From the NCBI RefSeq assembly GCF_009914755.1, contig NC_060929.1: 64,000 nt of DNA; one strand, given 5' to 3'. The notes below the pieces were generated by a model. That model made no database searches, was not told the origin of the DNA, and saw only the letters and a list, made by a program, of their open reading frames with translations. The stretch is from the human T2T-CHM13v2.0 reference genome, Homo sapiens. Made by a program: the position numbers and the translations under genes. Shown here piece by piece: positions 43,330 to 56,830 of the stretch (positions are counted from its first letter, which is position 1; every line of letters starts with the position of its first letter).

Positions 43330-43530
43330 TAGTGGAGACCACATAGTTTTAGCAGCCAGACATGCCAGTTCTGCTTTTGTCACTGATTACTCTGTACCGA
43401 GGGTTAGTTCATTAACTTCTCTGAGCCTCCTCAGTTTTCTGTAAAACAGGGATAACAAAAACTATCTTGGAAGGTAGTTAAGAGGATAATGGCACATAGC
43501 AGTCGTTCAATAATGATATTGGTTATTATT
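43330..43530 (+). mobile_element. MIR fragment
   Basis: agttcattaacttctctgagcctc...ctgtaaaacagggataac. Confidence 0.6.
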
Positions 43531-45384
43531 ATTAATGAATTGAAAGTGAATTGTCAGCCAAAAGCAAAATGTTCTTCCTTTGAATGGGAAGTAGTTAGGT
43601 TCCTGGACTAAAGTTGATTATAGTTACTATCATGCAAATTAAACCGTAGTCTGTTGAATTGCAGGAATTCTTTATCCCTATAATATGTTCTAGTAGGACA
43701 GAAACAGTTTGGTGTTTTTGGTGACTTTAGAGTGTAAGATCAATGCCTCATGAGTGGAACTATTACCCCTGAGCTGAAAACATTGGGCAACGCCCTCCAA
43801 GCAAGTCCCTTAACCACTCTCAAAAATATTGCAGCTGGGAAGCCACGTTCATGCTAAATTTAAAAGACATGCTGATTTTGTTTTGGAAAAATCAATTCAT
43901 CAATATGTTTTTTTTTTCATGGCTATAAAAAGTATTTAAAAATCAAACAAAATAAAGTAGTAAAAAATCCTGGTATGTATTTTTCCCTTGGAGAATGAGG
44001 TACTCATTCAAGTCCTCTTGGAAAAGATTATTTTGTGCTCTGGTCAAGGTGGCCTACTTTCCTTTTGTGTTGAAAGGATTTGAAATTAGAAGTTATTTGT
44101 ATTTTCCCAGGGAGTGTCCACTTTAGGAAGAAAGAAAATTATATGCCTGAAGAACATGGTTGGCCAATTTATTGTTGTTTACGTCTGCTAGGCCAGAAAG
44201 GAAATACATAGAATTCAAGTTTCCTCTTTTCTTCTGGGAAATATAGTGTTCCATTTTGTTTTATGACAGAATAATATTCTTTCCTATGTTTGAGAGTGTT
44301 CAAAGGTAATTTTTTGAGCATGGCTTGCAATCTAGACCAAACCACATACATGCATAAGAAATGGAGGAAAGAAAGTCTTTCCTTACAAGATTTCAATAAA
44401 TATGAGTTTCTCCTCTTCTGAAAGGTTGCTTAAACACATTTTAGTTCCTCTAGAGCATTATTTTTGAAAATTATCTACAAAAATAATTTTTTTCCTCTGT
44501 AATTGTTTCCTATTCGTATGGACTTGTTCTTGCACCCTGTGTAGAAAAATCAGTATCTCAGCCACCTAGGATAACATATTGTAGGAGACAGTCATCAGGA
44601 AGAATGTGTAATCGAACTTATCCTTAGATCAAAAACAGTTTACAGTGGACACATAAAATAAATTGATTTGTAAAATGCAAATGGTAGAGTCCAAAAGGAA
44701 TCTTTAAATAAAACCTGGTGTTGACTGAATTATTTTATTCATTTGTGCTAGGTGCCCTCTCCTGGTCATAGTGAGTAACGTTTAGTAGCTTACTCTTTCT
44801 AGATTCTACTCTGCCAAGAAACATGTGTGCAATTGTGCATATACTCCATGCTAGGCTTCATATAGGAGGGAGAAAAATCTGAAGACAAGTAGCTTTTAAC
44901 TTTACGAGAGTTAGACTCTTACTTTCCTCCTACACATAGATGCTTTCAGTTATCAAGCAATATTTGATTAGCTTGGTGTGGTGGGGATAATACTTTGTTA
45001 ACTGATATACTCCTTTTTTTTCTTTATGACTTCACCATCAATCCAAGAAAGTCCTGCAAATGGACTGTATGTACATGACAGAAATGACGTGTAAAACAAG
45101 AATGCAGCCTAGAACCTGAACAGACCAGGGTGAACATCTTCCTTTTCTCCTCATCCTCACTCCCAGCATAGCAGCATTAGTTTATATAAGTCCCAGGAGC
45201 ATCAAACCCCAGAGAAGGGGTGGCCCCAACATCATTGAAGGTTGAAACCAAAATAGCTGTGAAATCACTGAATTTTGCTGATTTTATCTTAAGTATTTAG
45301 CATAAAATAGAATGGGGTCCCAGAAGGAGAAACTTATTACTGAAAAATTGTATCTTGGTATATCTGTTTAAAAACTGTGATTGA

Positions 45385-45543
45385 GGCCAGGCACAGTGGC
45401 TCACACATGTAACCCCAGTATTTTGGGAGGCTGAGGCGGGAGGATTGCTTGAGGCTAGGAGTGCAAAGCTGTAGTGAGCTATGATCATGCCACTGCACTT
45501 CAGCCTAGACTACAGAGCAGGATCCTGTCTCAAAAAAAAAAAA
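45385..45543 (+). mobile_element. Alu monomer (FRAM/FAM-like)
   Basis: Single monomer plus poly(A); degenerate TSD aactgtgattga / aactgttattga. Confidence 0.85.
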
Positions 45544-47424
45544 GCAACAACTGTTATTGAATGATTGACTTAGAGATTCTCATGTCTAATTCATGTCTAA
45601 TGCGCAACAGAAAAACACAGTTGCAGAACACAGCTTACTGCTCAGCACATCAGAGTTGGGAATGACTATAGACGTCCTCTAGCCCAGTTCCTTGTCTGGG
45701 ATACACTGAATATTTTTAATCTCTTCTGAGAGATGAGGTAAGCATATTCCCCCAGATTGAAAAGAGAATGGGCTTGCTTATTGTTTTCTATAAAAGCAGT
45801 GGATTCCCCAAGTTCAGTGTTCCTTAGCTGTGATGCAAACCCACTGTGTGTCCCAAATATCTGAACACATTGAGTCATGCTCATGGGACTTGAGCAGGAA
45901 GAACCTCACAGCAGGAAGCTTGCTGTGTTATGCTTAATAAACTCCTGTGTTTCTGATCCAAGAGTCTATGTCTTCATATGAAATCATAACAGGCTGACGT
46001 AATAGTTTGTAAGTAGAGTAAAATAAAATTCCAGACCTGACAATGGTCTCTCACAAGGTTGTATTCTTTTTTACTGTACCATTCTATAATTAGTATTTTT
46101 ACCTTCTTCAGATGTTAGATACTAGGCCAGTTCCAAAAAGTAATTAATTTATCTTATTGATCTATCCCACTTTGATGATGGGCTATTTATAGAAATCAAT
46201 AAATTAAAAAATACTTAGAATAAGAAAACATGTTATTTCTAAAAATAGTAAGTTTCTTAGCAGAAAGCAAAACTCAGCAATATTTTCATAAGGGATGCTG
46301 TATGCCTTGAGCTGACAAACAAGAAAATAACTAAAATGCAGCATAGATTTGACAACTGTCTGTTGGAGGGGAATGAAAAAATATATTTTCACTCAGTGCA
46401 GATAACCCTCCCACACTGTTTCTGGTACAAAGGAGGTACTCAATATTTGTTAAATGAATTAACAAACAGAAATTCTCTAAACTTTATTAAATCTGTAATG
46501 ATGAACTCAAAGTAATTTCTCTGATTTCCATAAAGAACACTATCATGATTAAAAGACAAATAATGGAATGGCTATGAAAAAGGGCTCATTATTTTAAGAT
46601 TTATTTTAATTTTAATTGGATACATACCATCTTAATTATCTTGTATTTTACTTTTAAAATATGAATTAGAGACACAAGTATAATTATGGCTAAAGTAAAA
46701 AATAGAAAATGGAGAGAAAAAAGCTTTGTACTGTGGAAAACATCAAATATACATAAAAATAGAATAAAATAATGAACCCCCGTTTACCCAACACCAGCTT
46801 CAATAATTATCAAACACAGCCAATCTCATTTTATCCATACTTCCTACTCCTCCACCTGTCCGTTGAATTCTTTTGAAACAAATTCATGATAGCATCTTAG
46901 TTTATCTATAAATACTTGAGTAATACACATATTTTTAATGAAAAAAAAATTCACAGTAAGGATGGATGATTGTCACAAACTTAACATTTCTCATCAAATA
47001 GAAACATAACCACAAATGTCATTTCACACTAAAAAGTGCTTTATGTCTTTGGTATGGTCAGCTTTAACTTCAGCTTAAAGCAGGGAGATCTTTTAAAGCT
47101 TAAAGATCCCTCCTCCTTCCCATTTGCTTTACTTCGAATTTGTGTCACTGAATTTAGAATGTGTTAATGACTTAATGAGATCCAGGCTATTAATGGAAAC
47201 ATAACACCATTTCAACTTTAAAGTAGTCCATCAGAAGTGAGAATATTTTCTGATTACCACCCCTTTTATGGTAAAATTATTAATATTGGACTTCTAGTGA
47301 TGGAAAGTCTAAGAAGAATTAGTATTGTGTACTAAACTAGTCATATTTTTTTTTACAACTCTTTATGACTTGTCAGTGGAAATCATTTCTGGGAGTTACG
47401 TTAGTGTGCATATGCATTTGTGTA

Positions 47425-47446
47425 CACACACACACACACACACACA
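47425..47446. repeat. (CA)n microsatellite
   Basis: Direct dinucleotide run. Confidence 0.9.
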
Positions 47447-47686
47447 ATGCCTTAGAATTATAAGAGAATTCTGTAGTTTGTTGTCACACACAGAGAGTTG
47501 TACTTGCTAAAATATTAAGATACATGAGGACAAATAACTGCTGTTCTGAGCTTTGACTGTGTTTCTGCTACCCAGGCCACCTAGACCTCTCCATGATCAG
47601 GCAACTAAAAGGTTGAAATTTAGCACAGTAGAGATGGGTGGCCCACTTCCAGCATTAGGCAGCCTCCAATCTGATTGAAAGGTGCT

Positions 47687-47730
47687 TGTATTAGTCAAGA
47701 TCTCCAAAGAAACAGAACCAATAGGAGGAT

Positions 47731-47780
<50 letters not shown>

Positions 47781-48224
47781 AGAGAGAGAAAGAGAGAGAG
47801 AGAGATTTTTTGTAAGGAATTAGCTTACGCATTTATGGAGGCTGAGAAGTCCTGCAATCTTTCCTCTGCAAGCTGGAGACCCAGGAGAGCTGGGGGTGTA
47901 GTTCCAGTCCAAGCTGAGGGCCTAAAAAACAGGAGAAACAATCATGTAAGTTCCCGTCTAAGTGTAGGAGAAGACTGATGTCCCAGCTTGAAAACAGGTT
48001 GAGCTAGCAAACTCTTCCTTACTGGAGACCTGTTGTTCTATTCAAGCCTCCAACGGATTAGATGAGGCCAACCCACCCTAGGATGGCAAATCTGCTTTAC
48101 TTAATCTGATCCAAATGGTAATCTTTTCTGGAAACTCTCACAAACACACTCAGACATAATGTTTAACAAAATATCTGGGCATGTCATGGCGCAGTCAAGT
48201 TGACACATAAAATTAACCGTCACA
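47687..48224. mobile_element. MLT2 (ERVL) solo LTR containing (GT)22(AG)n at 47733-47805
   Basis: tgtattagtcaagatctccaaagaaacagaaccaatagga...aagttgacacataaaattaaccgtcaca. Confidence 0.88.
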
Positions 48225-48467
48225 GTGTCCCTGCTTTATTGATTGGTAAACAATTTGAAAAACTGCTTATTTAAAACATGGTATAGAACTGATCTTGGGA
48301 ATTGATAAAAAGTAGGCAAAACTGTGGCAAGAAAATAAGGAATAATTGCAGAAAAGCAGAATAGAAGTAACTAAAACGCCAGGCTAAGAGCTCTCTTTGT
48401 ACATTAAAAACCCAGGACTTACTCAATATCTCAAAGTTAGAGGACCAGGTAGGAAATAAATAGATTA

Positions 48468-48834
48468 CAGGTTGAATATCTCTCATTCAAAATGCTTAGG
48501 AACAGAAGTGTTTCAGATTTCAGATTTCTTCAGATTTTGGAATATTTGCATATATATAAGATATCTTGAGGATGGGACTCCTCTTAACATTAAATTCATT
48601 TGTTATTTATGTTATTCATCTATGAAATTCATTTCCCATTTATTATGAAATTCATACACCCTTTATTATATACATAGCCTGATCTATTGTGGTTTTATAC
48701 AATATTTAAATAATGTGGTTCATGAAACAAAGTCTGTATTAAATTCTTATGTGTGAAATTTTCCACTTGAGAAGTCATGTCAGTGCTCAAAAAGTTTTGG
48801 ATTTTGGATTTTCAAATAAGGGATGCTCAACCTT
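48468..48834. mobile_element. Tigger4/Zombi-like MITE
   Basis: ta|caggttgaatatc...aagggatgctcaacctt|ta TIRs. Confidence 0.8.
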
Positions 48835-51800
48835 TATGAAGACAAAAATAACAAATCACATATAGAGAGTGCCTTACTAAGCACTACAAAGTAGGTACAT
48901 GAAAACTGATTGACTTCGTTGATAAAGGATGCTTCTGGTGAACTTTGTAAAAAATTGCTGTGTAATGCAATATGAATTTGCTGGGAATGGTTTTGTAATA
49001 AACTCTATTACCTTATGACCAATTCATCAACTTTCCGTACTAACCAATATTTTCCATTCCAGCACACTATTGCCCATGGCTTGCTGAATGTTCACTGTTG
49101 GCAGCTTTTAGTCTGGCAAGCACCTACCAATTGAGATATATGTTGACCAATACCATAGCCAGTTGTGTTTATTTCCAAATCAGTTTATGCCAGTTGTACT
49201 TATAACTTTAAATATGTAAACTAAACACGTTATATAAATCAATAAACTATGAGTGAAAACATTTAAAAAGTTGCTTCTATGAAAATTAAGTGGAAAACTT
49301 ATTCAAAATTAGATTGAGATGAGTAACTAAAAATTACCAATGAATTACCTGTGGATAGTTATTGTAAAAAATAGAGTGGAGAATCATCTTACTCTAGAAT
49401 GATTTTACACCCAAATTGCTTCACAAGTATTTTCAAGAGCTCAATCCACCTTAAATAAGTGGATTAAATAAAAATTATAAATTATGAATAATACACAATG
49501 AGGTAGTTTATTAAGAATAACAGCATGTGTTTAATCATTTGACCTATTGGCTTTAAATCAAAAGATTGGTAAGCAAAAGTGCATTCATTTGTATAATTTG
49601 TATAATGGTGAATAAATGCATATTTTAGTTAAAATAAAAAGGGAAAGGTATGTATAACTTTTATAAGTAAGTGTTTGAACTGATATTTAAATTAATGACA
49701 ACTATAATTCCTGATTGTGTCAAGATTTCTACTTTATGTGATTATTAGAATCAATTAAAAGTTAAAAGTTAAGTATTATTTCTGTTATTTTTGTGTGTTC
49801 TTTATAGAACTATTTATAAGACTAACAGAATAGAACAAGAGACTTGTATAAACCTGCTTTGTGTCTCCTTTTCATGTACACTATCCATATTTGAAGAAGA
49901 GTCAAAACAAGGATCTAATTCTCTTGTCCTCCCCTTTATGAGAGAAAAAGGGTGAGATGACCTGAACCAACAAAGCATCGTTATCTGTATTTATTTATTC
50001 CAGGAGATTTGTATTCTGCACAAGGCAACAGGATCATTTTCCCAGAGACGGGAGTAGCCATGGTGCTCTAGACTGGGACTCAAGGAGATCAGTGGCATTT
50101 GCATAGGGCTGAGGACCAGGCTGTCCCTGGAGAATTCTGCCTGAGATGACTGCTAACACATAGGAATGTGTGGTGCAGTGGTTGTTGCGGGTTGGGGTCG
50201 GGGGACCTGGTAAAAAGTGTACAGCACAATTCAAATCTGCAACAAAATGTAGTTTCTTTATATCCAGAAACTGATCTCATCTTATCTTGGAAACCCCATT
50301 CCTGCTGATGATAGCAGAAAAAATAATTGCACTTGCCAATTAAAGGTAAATTATTCTGTTAGTTTTAATTTCTCATCAGGATTAATTCTCAGTTTCAAAA
50401 TTTCTGCTCCCTTTCTTTCTGTCCAAACTGGCCTCTGGATATTAGTGGAAGCAAATGCATTTTTATAGTATTTGGGAGGGCAGTCTCTTCCTCATGCCAT
50501 CCTCTGCTCTTCAGCATTTGCTGAGATGCCCTATCTTTCGTCCTTACTGGGAGGGATCTGCAGACGCCTGCTGCGTTGTGGCTGTTCTTGTCTGGACTGG
50601 TGCTATGCACTTGTACTGAAATTCACAGATCACTGACCATGGGCTTCATCGCTGCCTTTTTGTGCATTAACCCCTGTACCACAGACTTCCTTGGGCGGCT
50701 GGTCCGGTACCTCAGTGCCCCACAGGGAAGCCCGGAACATTTGCCTGCTTCCTCCACATTTTGCTGCAGCTTGCAGGATTCTGTGAGATAGTTCAATGCC
50801 TTTCTCTCAGCGATCACTATTCTCTTCAGACACTAAGACCAAACAGAACATAGGGCTTTGCTAAGTTCATGGACTGGTATAGCATAGTCTCATGGACTGG
50901 TTCTGTGGACACAGTCCATTAGCTCCAATGCCTTTGAATTGTTCCTGTTTTGTATCTTTCTACTCACGATCACAGGGACTTTGGCACTAAAAGAGGAGCT
51001 ACGACACTTGTATATGACCTCTTGCCAAACCTTCACCCTCTCTTGGCTCTGCTCCACAGCAATTAGAAAAAATCTTTTTTTATTTCTGTTAGATGAAGTC
51101 TTTTCTTACACCATGTCTTCATTCCTTTCTTTACTGTGGCTTATAATACTTAGGTTCACACTCCCATGTTTTGATCTTGATATACAAAGAAAAGTTGGGA
51201 ATTTCTTTTTTCTTAAAGTTTTTGTTTCAACAGGGTCTGAATTTTAATGCTGTTGTTTCACAAAATGTTTTAAAAATCTGATTTTAGACTCAAATCTGAG
51301 GAATGGCATTTTTGATCCAGGGAATAGCTACACATTATTTTCCTGGAATAATAAAACTCTGAGTCTAGCCTTAGTTTTTGAAGAGCAATATGGGAAAAGG
51401 GAAAACTGGATTACTGTAAGGGAAAATATATCAAACATTGAAATTCCCATTAGATATATTCTTCCCTGCTGAGATACAACCCACTGCCTTCTTCAAACCC
51501 TGTTTTTTCTATCTGGCTACACACCTGCCCAAAATTATACCTTGTTCTAGTCCAAGGTATAGCAATAAAAAATCCCTAGGAAACTGGGTTCCTGAATGAG
51601 CTAAAAGGGAACTGAAAAAGTGAGTAAGAGAAACACTAGAAGGTAGAGTCTATCCAATATGGGATACGACTGATGGATTCTGAAAGCATTACCTCTTACA
51701 TAAGCTTTCTTATTCTAGGACTGGGAAAACAGGGCAGTGTGGCCCTTTATCCTCAGTCCAAACACTTCCTGATCCTACACATCTCTCTCAAGTGTCAAAC

Positions 51801-52194
51801 ACAAAGTAGCTTAAGAACATATTCTTTGTCTCTTTTGCTCATTAAATTACAGACCTAAAGAAAACAGTGCTACAGATGGGTGTTTTCTCATATAATATGA
51901 CAGCCATTTCACTGGGTCTTTTCCAAAGAGAAATTGACAGATGCACTGGTGATCTAGCATTCCCTCAACTACAAATACCATGAAGCCAACAAGATGATGA
52001 GGAGCCTCCACTTAGATATTGATTGCCTTATGGTTTTGAATCCTACCAGGACCCTATGGCCAGTGACACTGTGACTGTTACTGGTAAAGATGTAGTTTTA
52101 AAACATAGCGAGTTGAGAATATCATTCTATAAATTGGAATTTGAACATATAAGCTGAATATAAAGAACTATAAAACTTTACTACACATCTAGTA

Positions 52195-52815
52195 GAATAA
52201 CTAGAATTACAGGTATAATCACATCAATGATGGCAAGGAAGCAGAGGAAATTTAGCTCTCATATATTGCTGTTGGCAGTATAAAATGGAAACCACTTTGA
52301 AAAGCAATTTGGTAGTTTCTTAAAAAGATTAACATACACCTACCATATGATTCTGCCTTTCCACTCCTAGGTATTTACCCAAGAGAAATAAAAGCATATG
52401 CCCATAGAAGACTTACATACAAATATTAGCAGCTTTATTGGTAATAGCCCAAAACTGGAGGCAACCCCAAAATCTATCAACAGGTGAATGGATTAACAAA
52501 TTTTGATATAGCCATACAATGGCATACTACTCAGCAATAAAAAGTACTGAACACAACATGGATGGATCATAAAATTATTATGCTGAGTGAAAGAGGCCAA
52601 ACAAAAAAGGTTACATAATATATTATTCAAATTATATAAAATTCTAGAAAATACAGACTCATCTATAGTGTCAGAAGGTTAGCAGTGTCGCTCTGGGGAT
52701 TGTGAGGTCAGGTTGGGGGACAGGCGAGAGAGACAAAAGAGGCACAGGGAAAGTTTCAAGGGTGATCAATGTGTTCACTATCATGATTATGGTAATGGTT
52801 TCATGTGTACATACA
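52195..52815 (+). mobile_element. Old L1M 3' end
   Basis: ccactcctaggtatttacccaagagaaataaaagcatatg...atactactcagcaataaaaag...tatgctgagtgaaagaggcc. Confidence 0.85.
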
Positions 52816-53743
52816 TTTGATGCACCATTATGATAACAAAGTCTGCCTCTGGTTTAATAAAAACACACATGCTTGCCACTCTCAAAAATGAGAGTAAAGA
52901 AAAATCCCCTCTTGCTATACATGCATTAAAGGCAATTTATTTATGCATTTCCTCTTTGTCTTTTGATAAGGTTGAGAACAGCTAATTTGTTCTCAAAATT
53001 TTCTCTTTTGCACAGGCCAAATAATTCCAATTCTCTAGGGTTTTTTTTAGAGTATTCAAGAATAATAGGCTGTGTTCACTTCTCACAGGTCTTTGAAGTA
53101 AAATGTCATTTGAAAAAAGAGTTTGTTTGCTAACTTTGAATTCTAAAACCACTGATTTGCTAAACATTGAACATGGTTTAGCTGATGCATCCAATATGTG
53201 AGCATACAAAGTGTCACTTATAGGGAAAATCCAGATACTACGTGTCTATGACCAGAACAACATCACTATTATAAAATAACCAGCTTCAATATAGTGGGTG
53301 TTACGAAGCAGAGAAGAGCTTTTGATTTTTATATGGCTGATTCTAGAGATGGGCAGTTTACATTTGAGTAGTTAATTGATTCAGGGGATTTCTTTCTGCT
53401 AGCACATCGAATAATGATTCTGGATCTCCCAAGCTTTAGAGTATCTGTTCTGCCTTTTCTCTTCACACACTCACCAATCCCCAACTTTAATAAAAGAGAA
53501 TTAGTTTTTCTCCCTCTGACTCTACTAGAATGCTAAATGACATTTTGCTACCCAAAACAATTTTATAAGGGGTTAAGGGTTTATGCTTATTTCTAAATTC
53601 CAATGTTAAAAATCTATTTTCAAATTCATAAAAATAGATTAAGGCCTATTAGACATAAGCTGTCACACTTAATATTATTACAAAACAAATAAAATTTTTA
53701 AAAAATGTCTTTACCATTAAAGAGTATGAAATGTAGTTAAGGG

Positions 53744-54193
53744 TGTCAAAGAACAAAATTTCAGCAAGTTGTGTTTCAAAGATCAAATTCTTTTTTATTA
53801 GTGTTTTGTGAATCAGGCAGCATTCCATCTACAAAACAGAAAGACATTCGAATGAGCTGAGCAGAGGGAGTAGGCTTTATAGACAGAAAGGCTGAAGAAC
53901 ATAAAACAAGAAACAAAATGTGGATTCATTGTTTAAAAGTTACTTTCCTTACAGGGTTAAGGAAGAGAAAGTTTCCTTATCATGCCAGCTTACGGTGACT
54001 GGACCTGTTTGGACTGGTTGCTGAAAATCTGGTTTGTTTTCGTTGTTGTTTAAACTGGCTTTTTAAAAGCCATGATCAGTTTGATTATGTGGCACCTAGC
54101 ACACATGACTCCATTCTGGGCTGGGCTGGTCTCTTGGGGCCTTGTGTACAAGCTGAATTCAAGACAATGCCATCCCATAAATTTAATTTAACA
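53744..54193. mobile_element. ERV1 solo LTR (MER31-like)
   Basis: TG...CA termini; tgtcaaagaacaaaatttcagcaag...cccataaatttaatttaaca. Confidence 0.6.
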
Positions 54194-55619
54194 GGGGTAA
54201 ATTGCAAACGTTTTAAATGAGGAAAATAAAAAAATTTCATTACAAGTGGAAGAAGTACCTCTCACAAGGCAGTACATGATTAAGTACCAATGAACATCCC
54301 AGAAATTGGTCACTGTGGGAGATCAGAGGTTCATTATAATTTGGGCTAGTGGGGGACAGCTTTTCTTCAGAGTCAGACTGAAGCTTGGTCTTAGAGGGTT
54401 GTGTAACATGCACCAAATGTTTGGCTAGACCAAGGAAATACACAATTGCTTTTAATAAATCGCTGGGCTGCCGTTCTCTGTTGGGAGAGTCAATATGTTT
54501 AGGGAAGGCACTCTGCCAGTAAAGTCCATCCCCTGAGCTGATGATGCTGACTGCCCTGCCAGTGGGTCACCTGCTCCCAGGCCAAACACACAGTGTGACT
54601 GGAAGTCTCAAAGGATCAGTCAGAAATAGCTCACTTGTCGGAACTGGGGTGTGTTTGTGGAATGGTTTGTTGAAGCACCTGTGCCCAACCGTGTCTGGAC
54701 ATAGTTACTAGTCTCTCGTTTTCCCAAGTGGTAAACTTGTTCACAGATGTTACTGGAGGGAAAGAATATGTTCAGTGTTTATGCAGTGAGTCTGCTCTGA
54801 AGAAGCCATTATGCTTAACTAAGGAAATGCCATAGTTATTTTGGTATTCCTTTAATTTTAGAAGTCTTTATTATTTGCAGGGCTGACCAAAAGACTTAAA
54901 AAATCCACAAATAAATAACAAATTCTTGTTTAATATGGTGGATGTGACTGGTTTCTGGAAAACAAAAGAACAGTCAGTTACTCTTGCACCCACCCAAGAA
55001 GCTAAACGTCTTCCTAGTATTGACCAAGAAATCTGGTGACATAAACCTTCACTTTATTCTGAGCTAGAATATCTACCTCACAAAATAGGCCTGCCAGAAG
55101 TTTATCTCTATTCCTAACACATCTGAAAACAGCAGCAAAGAGCTCGCAAAGATAAAAGAAAGGTAAGAGGAAGTTTCCATGATCAATCTCTCATTGTCAA
55201 TCAAGAAATTTCCACCTCATAAAAATTATCTCTAGGACTTTTTAACCTAAGCCTTTTCTGAGCTGAATAAATAGAGGAGAATGCATTTGGGTTCTTTACT
55301 TTATCCTTCTTAATGCCTAAGAAAATGTTTATTGTTTGTCAGGAAATAAAGACAAAGGAATAGTAATTTGTAATTTTTTCCACATGTGTGTAACTTGTAT
55401 CAATTGGATAATTGAAGTAATTCTACAACCAACTGAAGTTGCCTTAGATTAATTTAATACAAGTTGCTTTCGACAGTTCTCTGGAGATCATTTCTTATGG
55501 CTATGTTGGGGTACTGAGGTGGGGCCGGTGTCTTATTTTTCTTTCCTGGTTACCTCTGACCTTAAGTTGCTATTTCTATTGAATTTCTAATATCCATGCT
55601 TCATTGCATCTGCTGAATA

Positions 55620-56334
55620 TGACACTGACCCATACTACCCCAGATACCGTTGACCCATGGCTATGTGTGGAGGAGAGTTGTTTTGAGAGCCCCTAGCTAA
55701 ACTGTGGTTCCAGTACCAGAGAGGCTAGCAATCCTGCCCTAACAGGAAACGAAAAGGAGCCTTTCACAGGACACTTCTTTCACCTAGCAGATGGCTTAGT
55801 GCCTAGCTGTCTGACCTGAGACCAGGATGTCCCTCACATGGGGAACTTGGTTATATTGGCAGACATCCTTGAGACTCTTGCCTGACCTGTGTCCAGTTTA
55901 TGCCTACCTGACCATGGCCTTAGTACTGGGAGACTGCTCTTGTGTTCGTCCTGGCCTCCCTTGGAAAATCTAGCCTAGGGTAGTCCCCAGTTCTTCAGAT
56001 GGAAGGTGAAAATTCAATACACCACCACAAAAAGAAGCAAAGTCAAAGCTTTTTGCTTAAGGCCTTGGGCAGGGAGGGTGCAATGAATCTGGAGGGCAGC
56101 CCTCCATCCCTGGGTCACGCAAGGCAGGAATGAAAGGTCAGGCAGAGAGAAAGAGAGAGTGGCAGCTAGCAGAATATGGGTCACTTTCAGTTTACAGGCA
56201 AGTGCCTGAATGGTTTATTTAAAGGAAGTGGCGGGAAAACACAGGGCCCAGTCGGCTAGGCAGGAGAGATGCCTCTAAGTTCTTATCTCTGGCCACCAGC
56301 TTTAGCCATTGGGTGTGGTGTTCTATTTCTAATG
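55620..56334. mobile_element. ERVL-class LTR (MER54-like)
   Basis: GC-richer block ending ...tttagccattgggtgtggtgttctatttctaa. Confidence 0.5.
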
Positions 56335-56634
56335 CCCAGGCAGCAGCCCTTGCTGTGTTGTTCCATTCTAGGTTTCCTGAAGATTTGTAACAAAAGGTAT
56401 CAGTGGGAGGAGGTGGAGCAGTTTACATTTAATCTCAGGTATTCGGTTTTGAAAAAACACTTCAGACATTTCTATAGCCAACAGTCTCTCTTTTCTGACA
56501 AGATTCTGGCTTCTCACGACACTGCAATTTTTGCCTCTCTGTTCAGATCTCCTTGCCACTTTGTGAAAGTTTTACTCGCCCCTAAATCCAAGATTCCCGT
56601 GGAGTAGTTTCTCTATCTCCCAAACTTTACCCAG

Positions 56635-56830
56635 ACCGGTCCTATACAATAGAACGTTCTATGATGATGGAAATGCTCTGTAATCTGCACTACACAGTAT
56701 GGTAGCCACTAATTGTATATGGCTATTAAGCACTTAAAGAATTAAACATGACATTAGAGTTTAATTAATTTACCATGTACATTTCAATAGCTGTATGTGG
56801 CTAGTGCTTGTTATATTGGATAGAACAGCT
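56635..56830. mobile_element. MER3-like hAT-Charlie element
   Basis: caatagaacgttctatgatgatggaaatg...ggtagccact...gtggctagtg...atattggatag. Confidence 0.7.
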
